From an uncultured bacterium (GTDB taxonomy: Bacteria; Deinococcota; Deinococci; Deinococcales; Trueperaceae), in assembly GCA_964411415.1 (NCBI GenBank), contig CAYPKV010000002.1, positions 1 to 44,655 on the forward strand: a DNA stretch of 44,655 nt. The letters are read 5' to 3'. Positions 1 through 9,429 of this stretch are shown in pieces; within the stretch, counting starts at the first letter, position 1, and the number at the start of each line of letters is the position of its first letter. The notes beneath the pieces were generated by a model. The model was not told where the DNA came from and made no database searches. It saw nothing but the letters and a program-made list of their open reading frames with translations. Both the position numbers and the translations under genes were made by a program.

Positions 1-1
1 C

Positions 2-241
2 ATGCCGGGAATCCTGGCGTACGGAATCACCATGATGATAATCCTGGCCATACTCAACATCATCTCACTGTCCGAAACCGATGCCAGGTCGCTCGGGGTG
101 AACCTCGCCCGCATCCGCCGGATACTCATCGTCGCAGCCACCCTCATCACCGCCGCCGCTGTATCAGCCGCCGGCATCATCGCCTGGATAGCGACTGGGT
201 GTGAGGCTGAAGCCGGCTTTACCGCGGCTCCAGCCAGTTGA
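2..241 (+). pseudogene. 3'-truncated FecCD/BtuC-family ABC permease fragment (5' end lies outside the window)
   Basis: The translation ...SLSETDARSLGVNLARIRRILIVAATLITAAAVSAAGIIAWI matches the conserved late-TM region of siderophore/B12 permeases. The expected following 'GLxVPHxxR' motif and about 65 more residues are missing. The frame continues into unrelated ATGCEAEAGFTAAPAS and stops at 241, overlapping the 3' end of the convergent gene at 219. Confidence 0.45.
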
Positions 242-1394
242 GGCCCACGTCGTACGGTGCGGAACTGATCACAGCGTCGGCCAGCCACTCGGCCAGTGAA
301 ATATCGGACTCTGCCGTATCGAAGAAGCTGTCAGCCTGTGAGAGCGTGTGGGTGGTCCTGCCGTCGTCATCCAGGCCATAATCCGTCAGATACAGGTAGA
401 AGTTGGGGTACTCCGCGTCAAGCGCACCATAAGTGGTGAGCATCCGCTCGGTCCACAGTGCCCGGTACGCGTCGTCCGGCTCCCGGCTGTTCAGCCGGGC
501 TTCGTACCAGGGCAGGACGCTGTCATAGACGGTCTCGGAGTGCAGCATCGTCAACCGATCGCCGTATTTCTCCAGGACGAAACGCAGGGCTCCGTCCATG
601 ACGTTGGACTGCGCGGCGAAACCGAACCGGTCCTCGAGGCGGGCGCCCCACTCAACGTTAACGACGCCCATCGGATCGTCGGCGTACAGGAACGAGCTGT
701 CGGAGTACTGGAACAGTTCAGCCTCAGGGTAACGGCTGGCGATCCTGTCGAACCAGATGGCGGAGGCGAAGCCCCCGGCGCTCTGGCCCGCCACGAGCAG
801 CCGTTCAGGTGCGATGCCAGTTCCCGACAGCCAGTCGAGTGCGGCGTTCACGTTGTTGAACCCGTTGTAGGAGACAGTCAGGTTCTCGCCCTGTTCCAGT
901 GGGTAGTTGGCCGTCCGGTCACCGATGTGGAAATCACCAGTCACGTAGGGCAGGTGGAGGATCGACCAGTCGTTGAACGGGTTGTCGGAACGGTCTGCTT
1001 CAAGGATCCCGTGCATTAGCAGCGGAGTCAGACGTGACAGACGTGCGATGTAGTAGCCGACTTCAGTCACGCTGCCGGTCTCGGCTGCCTCCATGATCGA
1101 ATCGATCGTGATCGGATGTGCAGCAGATTCTACGTCCCATGCGGCTCCGCCACCCCCGAAGTAGACGATCAGGTTGTTGCTGCTGCCCCGTTTGAAGTTC
1201 AGTTCGTAACCGGAGCCGTCTGAGGCCATGGCGGGCAGGGGCAGGTCCACGGCGATCCAGCTGTTGAGGGGCAGCTCATCAGCTGGAGTCGTGTAAGCCG
1301 CCCGTTCGAATCGTGGCAGGCACCCGGCCAGGATGAGGAGCATGCCCATGATGCCGGCCAGCGCGATGCGGTTGGACCTGTTGAACAGTGACAT
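219..1394 (-). CDS. Secreted lipoprotein, pectin-acetylesterase/Notum-like alpha/beta hydrolase
   Basis: The ORF is 219..1409. I prefer the ATG at 1394 (MSLFNRSN...). There is a signal peptide with lipobox LLILAG|C. The motifs 'LIVYFGGGGAAW' and the nucleophile elbow 'VAGQSAGG' are typical of the PAE family. Confidence 0.65.
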   Translation of the reverse strand: MSLFNRSNRIALAGIMGMLLILAGCLPRFERAAYTTPADELPLNSWIAVDLPLPAMASDGSGYELNFKRGSSNNLIVYFGGGGAAWDVESAAHPITIDSIMEAAETGSVTEVGYYIARLSRLTPLLMHGILEADRSDNPFNDWSILHLPYVTGDFHIGDRTANYPLEQGENLTVSYNGFNNVNAALDWLSGTGIAPERLLVAGQSAGGFASAIWFDRIASRYPEAELFQYSDSSFLYADDPMGVVNVEWGARLEDRFGFAAQSNVMDGALRFVLEKYGDRLTMLHSETVYDSVLPWYEARLNSREPDDAYRALWTERMLTTYGALDAEYPNFYLYLTDYGLDDDGRTTHTLSQADSFFDTAESDISLAEWLADAVISSAPYDVGLNWLEPR

Positions 1395-1474
1395 GCAGCA
1401 GTATTGCACGGGAGCCGGATGCGCTTACCGGCTGTGACTCACGCTCAGCTAAGCCTCGTTGCCGGGGACTGATG

Positions 1475-1511
1475 CTGTGCGGCAGTTCGCAAACCCGCCC
1501 CTGCCGCACAG
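1475..1511 (-). terminator. Hairpin downstream of the PKD lipoprotein gene (11-bp stem CTGTGCGGCAG/CTGCCGCACAG, 15-nt loop)
   Basis: A perfect inverted repeat lies 17 nt past the stop codon at 1528. It has no U-tract. Confidence 0.5.
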
Positions 1512-1527
1512 GCCGCTCATTTCAGAT

Positions 1528-4500
1528 CTACCAAGGATCTACGATCCATACGAACGGATCATCATCGCCTTGATTCGGCTCGAAGTAGTTGGCGTCGGTG
1601 TAGCCGGCCGCTACTATGGTGCCGTCAGTCTGCTTCGCGACTCCCTCCATCCTCAGGTGCGCGTAAGGAGGCTCGGGCGAAGCAGGCACTGCTACTTGCA
1701 CGCTCGCCACAGTCTCCAAATTACTCATGTTCAGACGGCTGAGTTCCATGGCAACACCGCTCAGGTTTGCTCCGATGACCAGGAAGCCATCGCTGTCCAG
1801 GAACGATCCTGCGACTGAGTAGTAACCCCCCATGGGCTCAAACCACCGTGCAGACCGCTCCGAGTAATCTGGATTGAACACCAGAATTACCGTAGAGGCG
1901 TACTGATTGTAGAGCGTGTTATCCCTGCCCACCCAGATGATGCTTCCGTCCGGTGCCACATGGATTTCATCGGCGTAGTCCATCGCAGACGAGTCGATGA
2001 ACACCAGCTTGGTTCGCTCGGCAAGGTTTACCGGATCTACCTCCATCAAGTATGCGCCGCTGCCACCCTGAATCTGATCGTTGAAGACCCCGAGGCTGTT
2101 GCCAGCCACCACGATGTTTCCGTCATTGTCCAGCGCAATGGCCTCACCCGTACCGGCAGTGTTGTGTCCGTGCAGGACTACGTTAACTGATGTGCCGGTC
2201 GAATCTGCGTGGCCAACAATTATCCTGCCGCAATCAGCTGGACAGTTGCTGTTGGCACCTCGATTGAATGCGCCAGTGAAGTAAATGTCACCGTAACTGT
2301 CAACGATCAGGTCGTTCGCCAAATCCCAGCCAGGGCCCCCGTACTGGTAAGTCCACTCTGGCGTCCGGTCAGCTGCGTTGATTTTCATCAAGAACAGGTC
2401 ATGACTGTTGCCAATCGCACCTGTTTCCAAATTGCCATGCGTTTCACCCGCCAGGATGATGCTGTTATCGACTGGATCCAGGGCGATAGCACGGGCTGAA
2501 TCAGCGTACGGAGTACCGTACGTTTCGCGCCAGAGCAGTCTGCCCTGCGGATCGAGTTTGATCAGCAGGATGTCAGTGCCCGTAGCGCCGCCAGCAGAGT
2601 TCACGCTGCCTGTAAGGTAAATGTTGTCGTCCTGGTCTACAGCTACATCCAGAATTCGCTCATCAAGAGCAGTCCCGAGCGGGATCCGTACAGACACCTG
2701 CACCGAGTCACTAACTGCCGGGTTCTGAACACTGGTGGCCGTGATGGTCGCAGTGCCGTCAGCGAGGGCCGTAACTTCACCACTGCTGCTGACCGATGCC
2801 ACTCCCGGATCGCTGCTCTGCCATTCAACTGCCAGATCGAAGTTGCCAAGCCCTACAACCGTGGCCGTCAGCGAAACGACCTCGCCACCGAGCAGACCCT
2901 GATCGCCCTCGTTGATCCATACAGTCTGCACTTCACTGGCGAGAACCTCGACAGCAACATCCACCGAGTCGGCGGTTCCCTCGTTGTCAGTCACCGTCAA
3001 CGTCACAGTGTGAACGCCCTCACTGCTAAAGACATGATCATGAACTGCGCTGTCTGATATCACGTCACCAGCCAGTTTCCACTCGTAGCTAATGATTTCG
3101 CCGCCATGCTGATCCAACGAGCCAGGCGTTGCCGCCAGGTTCACGCTCAGGGGCGCGTAGCCACTGGCCGGTGAAGGATCGGTATTCGCGATGGCAGTAG
3201 GAGCGAAGTTTATCGGACGCGCCACAACCTGTCTTGAATCAGTCCCGGATTCAGAATCTGTGACAACCAAGGTCACTTCATAGTCGCCGCTCTGACTGTA
3301 GGTGTGGGTGAACGTCTCCGCAGTGATGATGCTGCTGCCGTCAGCAACGTCCCAGGAATAGGTAAGCGGTCCACCGTCCGGATCGTACGACCCTGCGGCA
3401 CTGAAACTGACTTCGTAACCGTCCACTGCCGTCACGGACGCGGCTGCAACCGGCGAGGCATTGCTTACGATCACCAGCAGGTCTGCCGTAGCCGTAGCTC
3501 CTTCGTTGTCCGTAACCGTGAGCGTAACCGTTTGGTTGCCACTCCTCAGGAACGTGTGCTCAGGTGAAACACCGGAACCTGTTCCGCTGGTTCCGAACTC
3601 CCAGGCGTAACTGACGATGCTGCCATCTGCGTCAGAAGATTCTGATGCGTCAAACTGCACTGTCAGTGGCGCCGGACCGGTCGCCGGGTCAACGGAAACG
3701 GTGAACTGAGCCAGTGGTGGCGTGTTGTCCACCAGAACCTGACCGGTCACGGAGCTCGTGTGTCCTTCGTCATCTTCGACGCTCAGCGTGACGGTATAAG
3801 TGCCGCTCATGAAAGTGTGGCTCACGGTGCTGCCGGTTCCTGTGGCCCCGTCGCCGAAATCCCACTGGTAGCCGGTGATGGCTCCGTCAGGGTCGTGTGA
3901 ACCACTGGCATCGAAAGTGACGGGCAGCGGGCCAGCTCCAATGGCCGTATCCGGGGTCGTCGTGAACACGGCAACGGGAGCCGAGTTGCCCACCGAGTAG
4001 TGCAGCCTGCTGCTGCTGATCGCGCCACGACTGTCGGTCACGACCAGGTTCACGTCATAGTTGCCGCTCCGACCGAAAGTGTGACTGACAGTGGCCCCAG
4101 TGCCTGCGGGCAGACCATCAATGATCCAGTCGTAAGTGATGATATCGCCGTCAGCATCGGAGCTGGCGCCAGCATCAAACGTCACCGTCACCGGCGCATC
4201 TGCAGTCCCTGACGCTGGTTCCACGGAAACCACCGCAACGGGCGCCGAGTTGACTACCTCGATCTGGACTGTTGACTCGCCACTGGCCCCAGTGTCATCG
4301 ATTACCAGCAGCGTCACCTCATGGATTCCAACATCAGTGAACGTATGACTGACGGTCTCGCCGGCCCCTGTGGCATCGGAACCGAAATCCCACTGGTACT
4401 CGCTGATCACTCCGGTGGCCGAGGTGGATCCGCCGCCATCGAACGTGACCGTCAAAGGAGCAGGTCCGCTTGCGACGTCAGTGCTGATAGAGACGCTGAC

Positions 4501-4932
4501 GCCAGGAACCTGGCAGTCGAACGCTGCAGGCAGCAGCAACTGCTGACCGTCCGGCAAGGTCACGGTCACGTCTGAGATGCCGCCCTGGGCGCCCGCACCA
4601 AGCACCCCGCTGACCTCATTGCCGATCTGCACGAGAACGTTCGAAGCCGGAGGCAGCATGACAGCGCGCTCTGATTCCACTGCCAGCGCTAACTTCTCAA
4701 GCGGAACCCCGCACACCTGCACCAGCAGGTTGTCCCGCTGCCCCGGACCGCTGCCGACCAGCCGGTGGAAGTTCGCGCCGCTTAGCGTAATGCGGGTGTC
4801 TTCGGTCACAGCCCCGCTCGCAGGGTCAACGCTCGAAAGTGTGGCCTTGGGCAACCAGCCCTCGCGGCCCACGCATGAGACCAGCAACAGGGTCAGGACT
4901 ATTGGCGCCAGAGCGCGTCGGGGCCGACTCAT
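1528..4932 (-). CDS. 1134-aa surface lipoprotein: IPT/TIG domain, about 6 PKD domains, Big_2 domain and SBBP-type beta-propeller repeats
   Basis: The signal and lipobox read LLLVS|C. There are six repeats of the PKD signature (PLTVTFDxxxSxDxDGxIxxYxWDFGDG-like). A Big_2-like segment reads VASVSSSGEVTALADGTATITATS. The C-terminus carries repeated 'DxxGNIYxTG' propeller motifs. The ATG at 4932 overlaps the upstream stop (ATGA). Confidence 0.85.
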   Translation of the reverse strand: MSRPRRALAPIVLTLLLVSCVGREGWLPKATLSSVDPASGAVTEDTRITLSGANFHRLVGSGPGQRDNLLVQVCGVPLEKLALAVESERAVMLPPASNVLVQIGNEVSGVLGAGAQGGISDVTVTLPDGQQLLLPAAFDCQVPGVSVSISTDVASGPAPLTVTFDGGGSTSATGVISEYQWDFGSDATGAGETVSHTFTDVGIHEVTLLVIDDTGASGESTVQIEVVNSAPVAVVSVEPASGTADAPVTVTFDAGASSDADGDIITYDWIIDGLPAGTGATVSHTFGRSGNYDVNLVVTDSRGAISSSRLHYSVGNSAPVAVFTTTPDTAIGAGPLPVTFDASGSHDPDGAITGYQWDFGDGATGTGSTVSHTFMSGTYTVTLSVEDDEGHTSSVTGQVLVDNTPPLAQFTVSVDPATGPAPLTVQFDASESSDADGSIVSYAWEFGTSGTGSGVSPEHTFLRSGNQTVTLTVTDNEGATATADLLVIVSNASPVAAASVTAVDGYEVSFSAAGSYDPDGGPLTYSWDVADGSSIITAETFTHTYSQSGDYEVTLVVTDSESGTDSRQVVARPINFAPTAIANTDPSPASGYAPLSVNLAATPGSLDQHGGEIISYEWKLAGDVISDSAVHDHVFSSEGVHTVTLTVTDNEGTADSVDVAVEVLASEVQTVWINEGDQGLLGGEVVSLTATVVGLGNFDLAVEWQSSDPGVASVSSSGEVTALADGTATITATSVQNPAVSDSVQVSVRIPLGTALDERILDVAVDQDDNIYLTGSVNSAGGATGTDILLIKLDPQGRLLWRETYGTPYADSARAIALDPVDNSIILAGETHGNLETGAIGNSHDLFLMKINAADRTPEWTYQYGGPGWDLANDLIVDSYGDIYFTGAFNRGANSNCPADCGRIIVGHADSTGTSVNVVLHGHNTAGTGEAIALDNDGNIVVAGNSLGVFNDQIQGGSGAYLMEVDPVNLAERTKLVFIDSSAMDYADEIHVAPDGSIIWVGRDNTLYNQYASTVILVFNPDYSERSARWFEPMGGYYSVAGSFLDSDGFLVIGANLSGVAMELSRLNMSNLETVASVQVAVPASPEPPYAHLRMEGVAKQTDGTIVAAGYTDANYFEPNQGDDDPFVWIVDPW

Positions 4933-5393
4933 TGTCCTGGCCCGAATGTATAGCTGACGCCGAGAGCCACGTTGGGGTTGATGCCTGCAGCGCTCAGGTT
5001 GACGCTTCCCTCAAGAAACGCCGACCACTGGCCCGCAAACCGGTAGTTGATGCCGGTATAAGCAAAGCCGCTGGCAAGTACACCTGACCCACCAGACAAG
5101 AAAGACAAGCCGAGCCCGCCACCGACGTAAGGCCGCAGCATTCCATCATCCGCGCCAAGCAGTGCCGACACCCCCAGTGCCGGTGCCGACGAGAAGTCAA
5201 TCGGCGCCGAAACATCGGCCCTGGCAGCTACCAGCAGCGGAACGTCGTTCGCCATGAACCTGAGGACTGGAACAGCCGCATGCACATCCAATGCCACGAC
5301 CCAGTTGTGCGGCGCCGTGACAGCAGTGCCGACAGACACGCCGTTAACAGCCCATACAGCGCTCAGCTGCATGGCAACACAGAACACCAGCAC
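4929..5393 (-). CDS. Small outer-membrane beta-barrel protein (mini-barrel copy A), first gene of an operon with the PKD lipoprotein
   Basis: The ORF is 4929..5561. The likely start is the GTG at 5393, which gives signal peptide VLVFCVAMQLSAVWA|V. The sequence has an alternating hydrophobic pattern, is Gly-rich, and ends ...ALGVSYTF(GPGQ). It is paralogous to 20834..21286 and to the C-terminus of 15679..16956. The start is uncertain. Confidence 0.55.
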   Translation of the reverse strand: MLVFCVAMQLSAVWAVNGVSVGTAVTAPHNWVVALDVHAAVPVLRFMANDVPLLVAARADVSAPIDFSSAPALGVSALLGADDGMLRPYVGGGLGLSFLSGGSGVLASGFAYTGINYRFAGQWSAFLEGSVNLSAAGINPNVALGVSYTFGPGQ

Positions 5394-5421
5394 ATGGCGA
5401 CAACGCCCAAACAATTGATCA

Positions 5422-5452
5422 AGTTGCAAGATTACCCCCCCGGTTTGCAACT
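5422..5452. promoter_or_regulatory. 8-bp inverted repeat AGTTGCAA-N15-TTGCAACT in an AT-rich patch upstream of the mini-barrel/PKD operon
   Basis: The repeat is seen directly in the sequence. It sits next to the TTGATCAA palindrome (5415..5422) and lies 30-60 bp upstream of the proposed start at 5393. Confidence 0.3.
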
Positions 5453-5635
5453 TCAGAATACCCGGCTCACGCTTCGGTCCTGGGGCGGATATCACTCGTG
5501 TAGGAACGAACAACTCGCGATCGCGAGGACGACAGGGCGCGCCGATCGAGTCGACCTGCAAATCACTCAGGCAGCGGCACTACCCGGTGTGGTCAGTCGA
5601 CCGGACACACTGCCACCGCTCAGCTGCCGTTGCAG

Positions 5636-6220
5636 TCACCGCTGCGAATGCGGTTCGTGGGCTTCAAGCCCGTACTTCTCGTTGAGGGGATCCACGAACA
5701 GGTCCGGATCGGCAGGCGGCCTGAGCGTATAGCTGGCGAAAGCCACGATGAGCGCCAGCAGGTAGATGCCCGCCAGGATGTTCGTCAGCAGAGACGGCAC
5801 CAGTTCCTGACTCAACAGCACGAACACACTCAGGCTCAGCATCATCGTCACCAGGAACACCAGGATGTCCAGCCAGAGCAGATTTCGACGCGTCACACGC
5901 TTGTAGGTGTACACGAGCGCGATCATCGACACCGGCACAGCGTACAGAGCAGCCGTGGCAGCCGGCAGGAAACCGGCCAGTCTGTAACCACCGAGCGCCC
6001 CCACCACGCAAAAGTAGACGAACAACGGCCAGAAGGCGATCTTAATGTGCTCCCAGTAACTCTCGTTGACCGCCGCGAACCGGGCCACGAACCGGTTCTC
6101 ACCCGTCCAGTCGTACAGGAAGTGCAGCAGCGTCCCGACGATGAACAGCGGAACCAGCATCCAGGCACTCAGCCGGGCCAGGGAGTCAAAGTCCACGACT
6201 GAGCACCGTTCGCATGACAT
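5636..6220 (-). CDS. Polytopic membrane protein, DUF6512-like
   Basis: There are about 5 hydrophobic helices. The motif 'LLHFLYDWTGEN...AAVNESYWEHIKIAFWP' resembles the DUF6512 family. A TGcTACAAT extended -10 sits 2 nt upstream of the ATG at 6220, so the true start may be internal (V8/V9 or M21). Confidence 0.55.
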   Translation of the reverse strand: MSCERCSVVDFDSLARLSAWMLVPLFIVGTLLHFLYDWTGENRFVARFAAVNESYWEHIKIAFWPLFVYFCVVGALGGYRLAGFLPAATAALYAVPVSMIALVYTYKRVTRRNLLWLDILVFLVTMMLSLSVFVLLSQELVPSLLTNILAGIYLLALIVAFASYTLRPPADPDLFVDPLNEKYGLEAHEPHSQR

Positions 6221-6339
6221 TTATTGTAGCACCATCAGAACGCGTCTCGATGATTGCGAACTGGAACCCGTAGCACCCAACGCGGATTGACCGATAATCA
6301 GTGCAGAGGCGGGCAACGCAGCCACCTGACAGGAGCAAC

Positions 6340-7179
6340 ATGAAGTGGGAAGACAGAGGTAAGAGCAGGAACGTTCAGGACCGCCGCGGGCAGCGCGCAC
6401 CGCAGGTCACAGGTGCTTCATTGGGTATCGGCGGCGTCATCCTGGTGCTGGCGATCAGCCTCATCACCGGGGTTGACCTCAGCTCCATCCTCGGCATGGG
6501 CACCACCAGCACGCCACAGGCACCAGTCACACAGCAGTCACTCGACGCTGAAGAACAGATGGTCAGCTTCGTATCCTTCGTGCTCGATGACGCCCAGGAC
6601 ACGTGGTCTTCACTGTTCCAGGCGAGCGGTGTAGCATACAACGAAGCACAGCTCGTCCTGTTCCGTGATTCCGTCAGCAGCGCCTGCGGCTCAGCCAGCT
6701 CCGCGCTGGGCCCCTTCTACTGCCCGGCAGACCAGTACGCTTACATCGACCTGTCGTTCTACGACATCCTGCGCAGCCGCTACGGCGCCGACGGCGATTT
6801 CGCCCAGGCGTACGTACTGGCACACGAGCTGGGACACCATGTCCAGAACCTGCTGGGCACGATGGGACAGGTGCAACAGCAGCAGCGCGCCAACCCGGCC
6901 CGCGCCAACCAGCTGAGTGTCGCACTCGAACTTCAGGCCGACTGCTACGCCGGAATCTGGGCCAACTCAGCCCACGCCCGCGGACTCATGGAACGCGGCG
7001 ACCTTGAAGAGGGCCTGCGTGCCGCGGCCGCTGTCGGTGATGACCGTCTCCAGGCTGGCACTCCTGGTGGCGTGAACCCGGAGAGCTTCACCCACGGCAC
7101 CTCGCAGCAGCGGATGAGCTGGTTCAGTACCGGCTTCGAGACTGGTGACCCGAACGCCTGCAACACCTTCGCAGGCTAA
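6340..7179 (+). CDS. ypfJ: YpfJ-family putative zinc metallopeptidase (single N-terminal TM)
   Basis: An AGGAG sequence lies 5 nt upstream of the ATG at 6340. The N-terminus MKWEDRGKSRNVQDRRG and the HExxH motif 'AHELGHHVQ' are both typical of PF04228. Confidence 0.8.
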   Translation: MKWEDRGKSRNVQDRRGQRAPQVTGASLGIGGVILVLAISLITGVDLSSILGMGTTSTPQAPVTQQSLDAEEQMVSFVSFVLDDAQDTWSSLFQASGVAYNEAQLVLFRDSVSSACGSASSALGPFYCPADQYAYIDLSFYDILRSRYGADGDFAQAYVLAHELGHHVQNLLGTMGQVQQQQRANPARANQLSVALELQADCYAGIWANSAHARGLMERGDLEEGLRAAAAVGDDRLQAGTPGGVNPESFTHGTSQQRMSWFSTGFETGDPNACNTFAG

Positions 7180-7844
7180 GACAAGCCCAGGAAGCGGGTA
7201 ACTGCCTCGTGACCTTCGGTCCGGAGCTGCCACTCCGGCCGCCTGAAGTCAGCCCGCGTCAGCCTGAACCTGTGTGACTCCTGCGATTCACCCGGGTCAG
7301 TGCGGATCACATCAACACCGTTCGGCCTGTAACCGAGCGAACGGGACACTCCCTGGGACGCCTGGTTCCAGGCCATGGCAGCCGTGGTGGCGTACTCCGC
7401 GCTCAGGTGATCGAACGCCCACAGGAGCACGGCGGCACGCATCTCCTTGCCCAGGCCCTGACCCTGGCGGCTGCTGGTGAGCCACGAGCCGGAGTCGACC
7501 GTGCGGCGCTCCGGGAAACTGGCGGCCCGCACGTCCTGCCTGCCTATCAGCTCCTCGCCGAAGTAAACCGCGAACGACACGGTCCAGTCGTCCACGCTCA
7601 GGCTCGCCCGTTGCCGCCAGACGTTCCGGGCTGTGCCGAGCGCCAGCTGCTCCGGGGTCTGCCGGGTCCATGGCACCACGAACGGCATGCGGTCCGGCTC
7701 GTGGATACCGGCAGACGCAGCAGCAGACAGGGGAGCCAGGTCCTCATCACGGACGGGCCGGAGCAGCAGACGCGGTGTGATCAGCTGCAGGTCATGAAGC
7801 GGCCAGATCGTGGCGAAATCGTGCATCCGACCAATATAAGGCAC
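7176..7844 (-). CDS. GNAT N-acetyltransferase (RimJ/RimL-like)
   Basis: The N-terminal region reads 'LITPRLLLRPVRDEDLAPL' and the acetyl-CoA region reads 'QGQGLGKEMRAAVL'. The start is either the GTG at 7844 or the ATG at 7826. Confidence 0.75.
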   Translation of the reverse strand: MPYIGRMHDFATIWPLHDLQLITPRLLLRPVRDEDLAPLSAAASAGIHEPDRMPFVVPWTRQTPEQLALGTARNVWRQRASLSVDDWTVSFAVYFGEELIGRQDVRAASFPERRTVDSGSWLTSSRQGQGLGKEMRAAVLLWAFDHLSAEYATTAAMAWNQASQGVSRSLGYRPNGVDVIRTDPGESQESHRFRLTRADFRRPEWQLRTEGHEAVTRFLGLS

Positions 7845-7929
7845 CCTGACTCAGCCGGGCCGCGCGCTTAATGTGGTCTCTTCCGCTACGCCTCCAGGGT
7901 GCCGTTGAGACAGGCCACTGCAGGTGGCA

Positions 7930-8778
7930 TCAAACGGTGCCTGTGCCGAGCAGGTGGTTCAGCACGGTGAGCACTCCGCCATGGCTGTTCGCTGGTGCGA
8001 CGAACCTGGCAACGGCCAGGATGTCAGGATGCGCGTTCGCCATCGCGAACGAGTAATCGGCCTCGGCGAGCATCTCCAGGTCGTTGAGGTAATCACCGAA
8101 GATCACCGTCTGGGACCGGGTCACTCCCAGCCGTTCCTGGAGCGCGCGGACGGCACGGCCTTTGTTCACGTCACGGCGCATGATGTCAAGCCAGTGTTTG
8201 CCGGAGATCACCACCTGATGACTGTCTGCGTACCTGGCGAAGACAGTGTCGAACGCCCCCTGTGAACCTTCAGCGTCGAATACCGCGAGTTTCAGGGCGG
8301 GTTCGCTGACGAGGGCGAGGTCGTCTGTCACCTGCAGCTGCGCGTAGTAGCGGCTGACTTCGTTGACAAAGTCCGCGTCCCGGCGTTCGATCCAGGCGCT
8401 TCCGGCACCGCACAGCACCAGGCCCAGGTCGCGTGAGCCAGCCGCTTCGCGGGCGTCTCTGATCACCTGGCCGGTCAGTTCGTTGCTGACCGTCGCGCTG
8501 AACAGCGGTTCACCGTCGTGCACGACCAGGCTGCCGTTCTCAGCTATGAAAGACATCGCCTCGGCGTGTTCGAACTCCCGTGCCAGCGTGGCGTACTGGC
8601 GGCCGCTCGCCGGGGCGAAGCGGATGCCGCGTTCATTCAGGGCCTTCAGGAGGGGCCAGAATCCGACGGGTACGTTACCCGCGGCATCGAGCAGGGTACC
8701 GTCCATGTCTGTGATCACGAGCTTCAGGTCCACCTGCCCGGCGGACAGGCTGTTCCAGGATGTTGCGCGACTGGTCAT
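7930..8778 (-). CDS. Cof-type HAD-IIB phosphatase
   Basis: Motif I is 'ITDMDGTLLD' and motif IV is 'FGDYLNDLEM'. The length is typical of the family. Confidence 0.85.
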   Translation of the reverse strand: MTSRATSWNSLSAGQVDLKLVITDMDGTLLDAAGNVPVGFWPLLKALNERGIRFAPASGRQYATLAREFEHAEAMSFIAENGSLVVHDGEPLFSATVSNELTGQVIRDAREAAGSRDLGLVLCGAGSAWIERRDADFVNEVSRYYAQLQVTDDLALVSEPALKLAVFDAEGSQGAFDTVFARYADSHQVVISGKHWLDIMRRDVNKGRAVRALQERLGVTRSQTVIFGDYLNDLEMLAEADYSFAMANAHPDILAVARFVAPANSHGGVLTVLNHLLGTGTV

Positions 8779-8832
8779 CCCAGCCAGCGTACCGGACAGG
8801 TGAGGTCTGCACCGGCCTGGGTCGGCAGAGCT

Positions 8833-9252
8833 TCAGTCGTCCTGCCGTTCGTGTTCGATGAGCACCGGCAGGCGCCCGTGCCGGACGACCTGTTCGGCGA
8901 CGCTGCCGTTGAGGAACAGGGCAAGGCCGGTACGCCCGTGAGTTCCCATCACGATGAGATCCGCAGCCCACTGTTCGGCGTGCGCCAGGATCGCCTCGGC
9001 CGGCGCACCGACACGGACGGCAGTCTCCTCAGCCGCAGCGGCCAGGCCGGCCAGCCGTTCCAGCGCCTGCTGTTCGATCAGCTTGCGCCGCTCGTCGGCC
9101 ATTGCGCTTGGTCCGATCTGCTCTGCCAGCTGCCGCGGATCGAGAACGTGCAACAGCAGCATGGTCGCCCCCGGGAAGTGCGAACGGGCCAGCTGCAGCG
9201 CAGCGTCGGCACTTGACGAGAAGTCTGTGGGCAGCAGGATTCGCTTGAACAT
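8833..9252 (-). CDS. Universal stress protein (UspA family)
   Basis: AGGAGG precedes the ATG at 9252. The sequence begins MFKRILLPTDFS and contains 'VMGTHGRTGLALFLNGSVAEQVV'. Confidence 0.85.
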   Translation of the reverse strand: MFKRILLPTDFSSSADAALQLARSHFPGATMLLLHVLDPRQLAEQIGPSAMADERRKLIEQQALERLAGLAAAAEETAVRVGAPAEAILAHAEQWAADLIVMGTHGRTGLALFLNGSVAEQVVRHGRLPVLIEHERQDD

Positions 9253-9429
9253 GGGGCCTCCTGTTACAGCAGTGTAGCGCGGCAGCAGCAGTGACTGTCC
9301 CGTTGCATTGTGACGGCTGTGATGCGGTGGTGGCGGCCGTGGTGCTATTAGTAAGATACATACAACAGCGCCCTGGACGTCGGTCACTTGCGGTTCCAGG
9401 GAGTAACTCAGGCCGGAGGTGGGGTGCCG

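Noticed and set aside
1528-4932. PKD-domain repeats as a possible DNA-level tandem repeat or variable cassette array (for example a DGR target)
   Set aside because: The repeats are similar only at the protein-motif level. No long nucleotide identities are seen, and the window contains no reverse transcriptase and no template-repeat-like copy.
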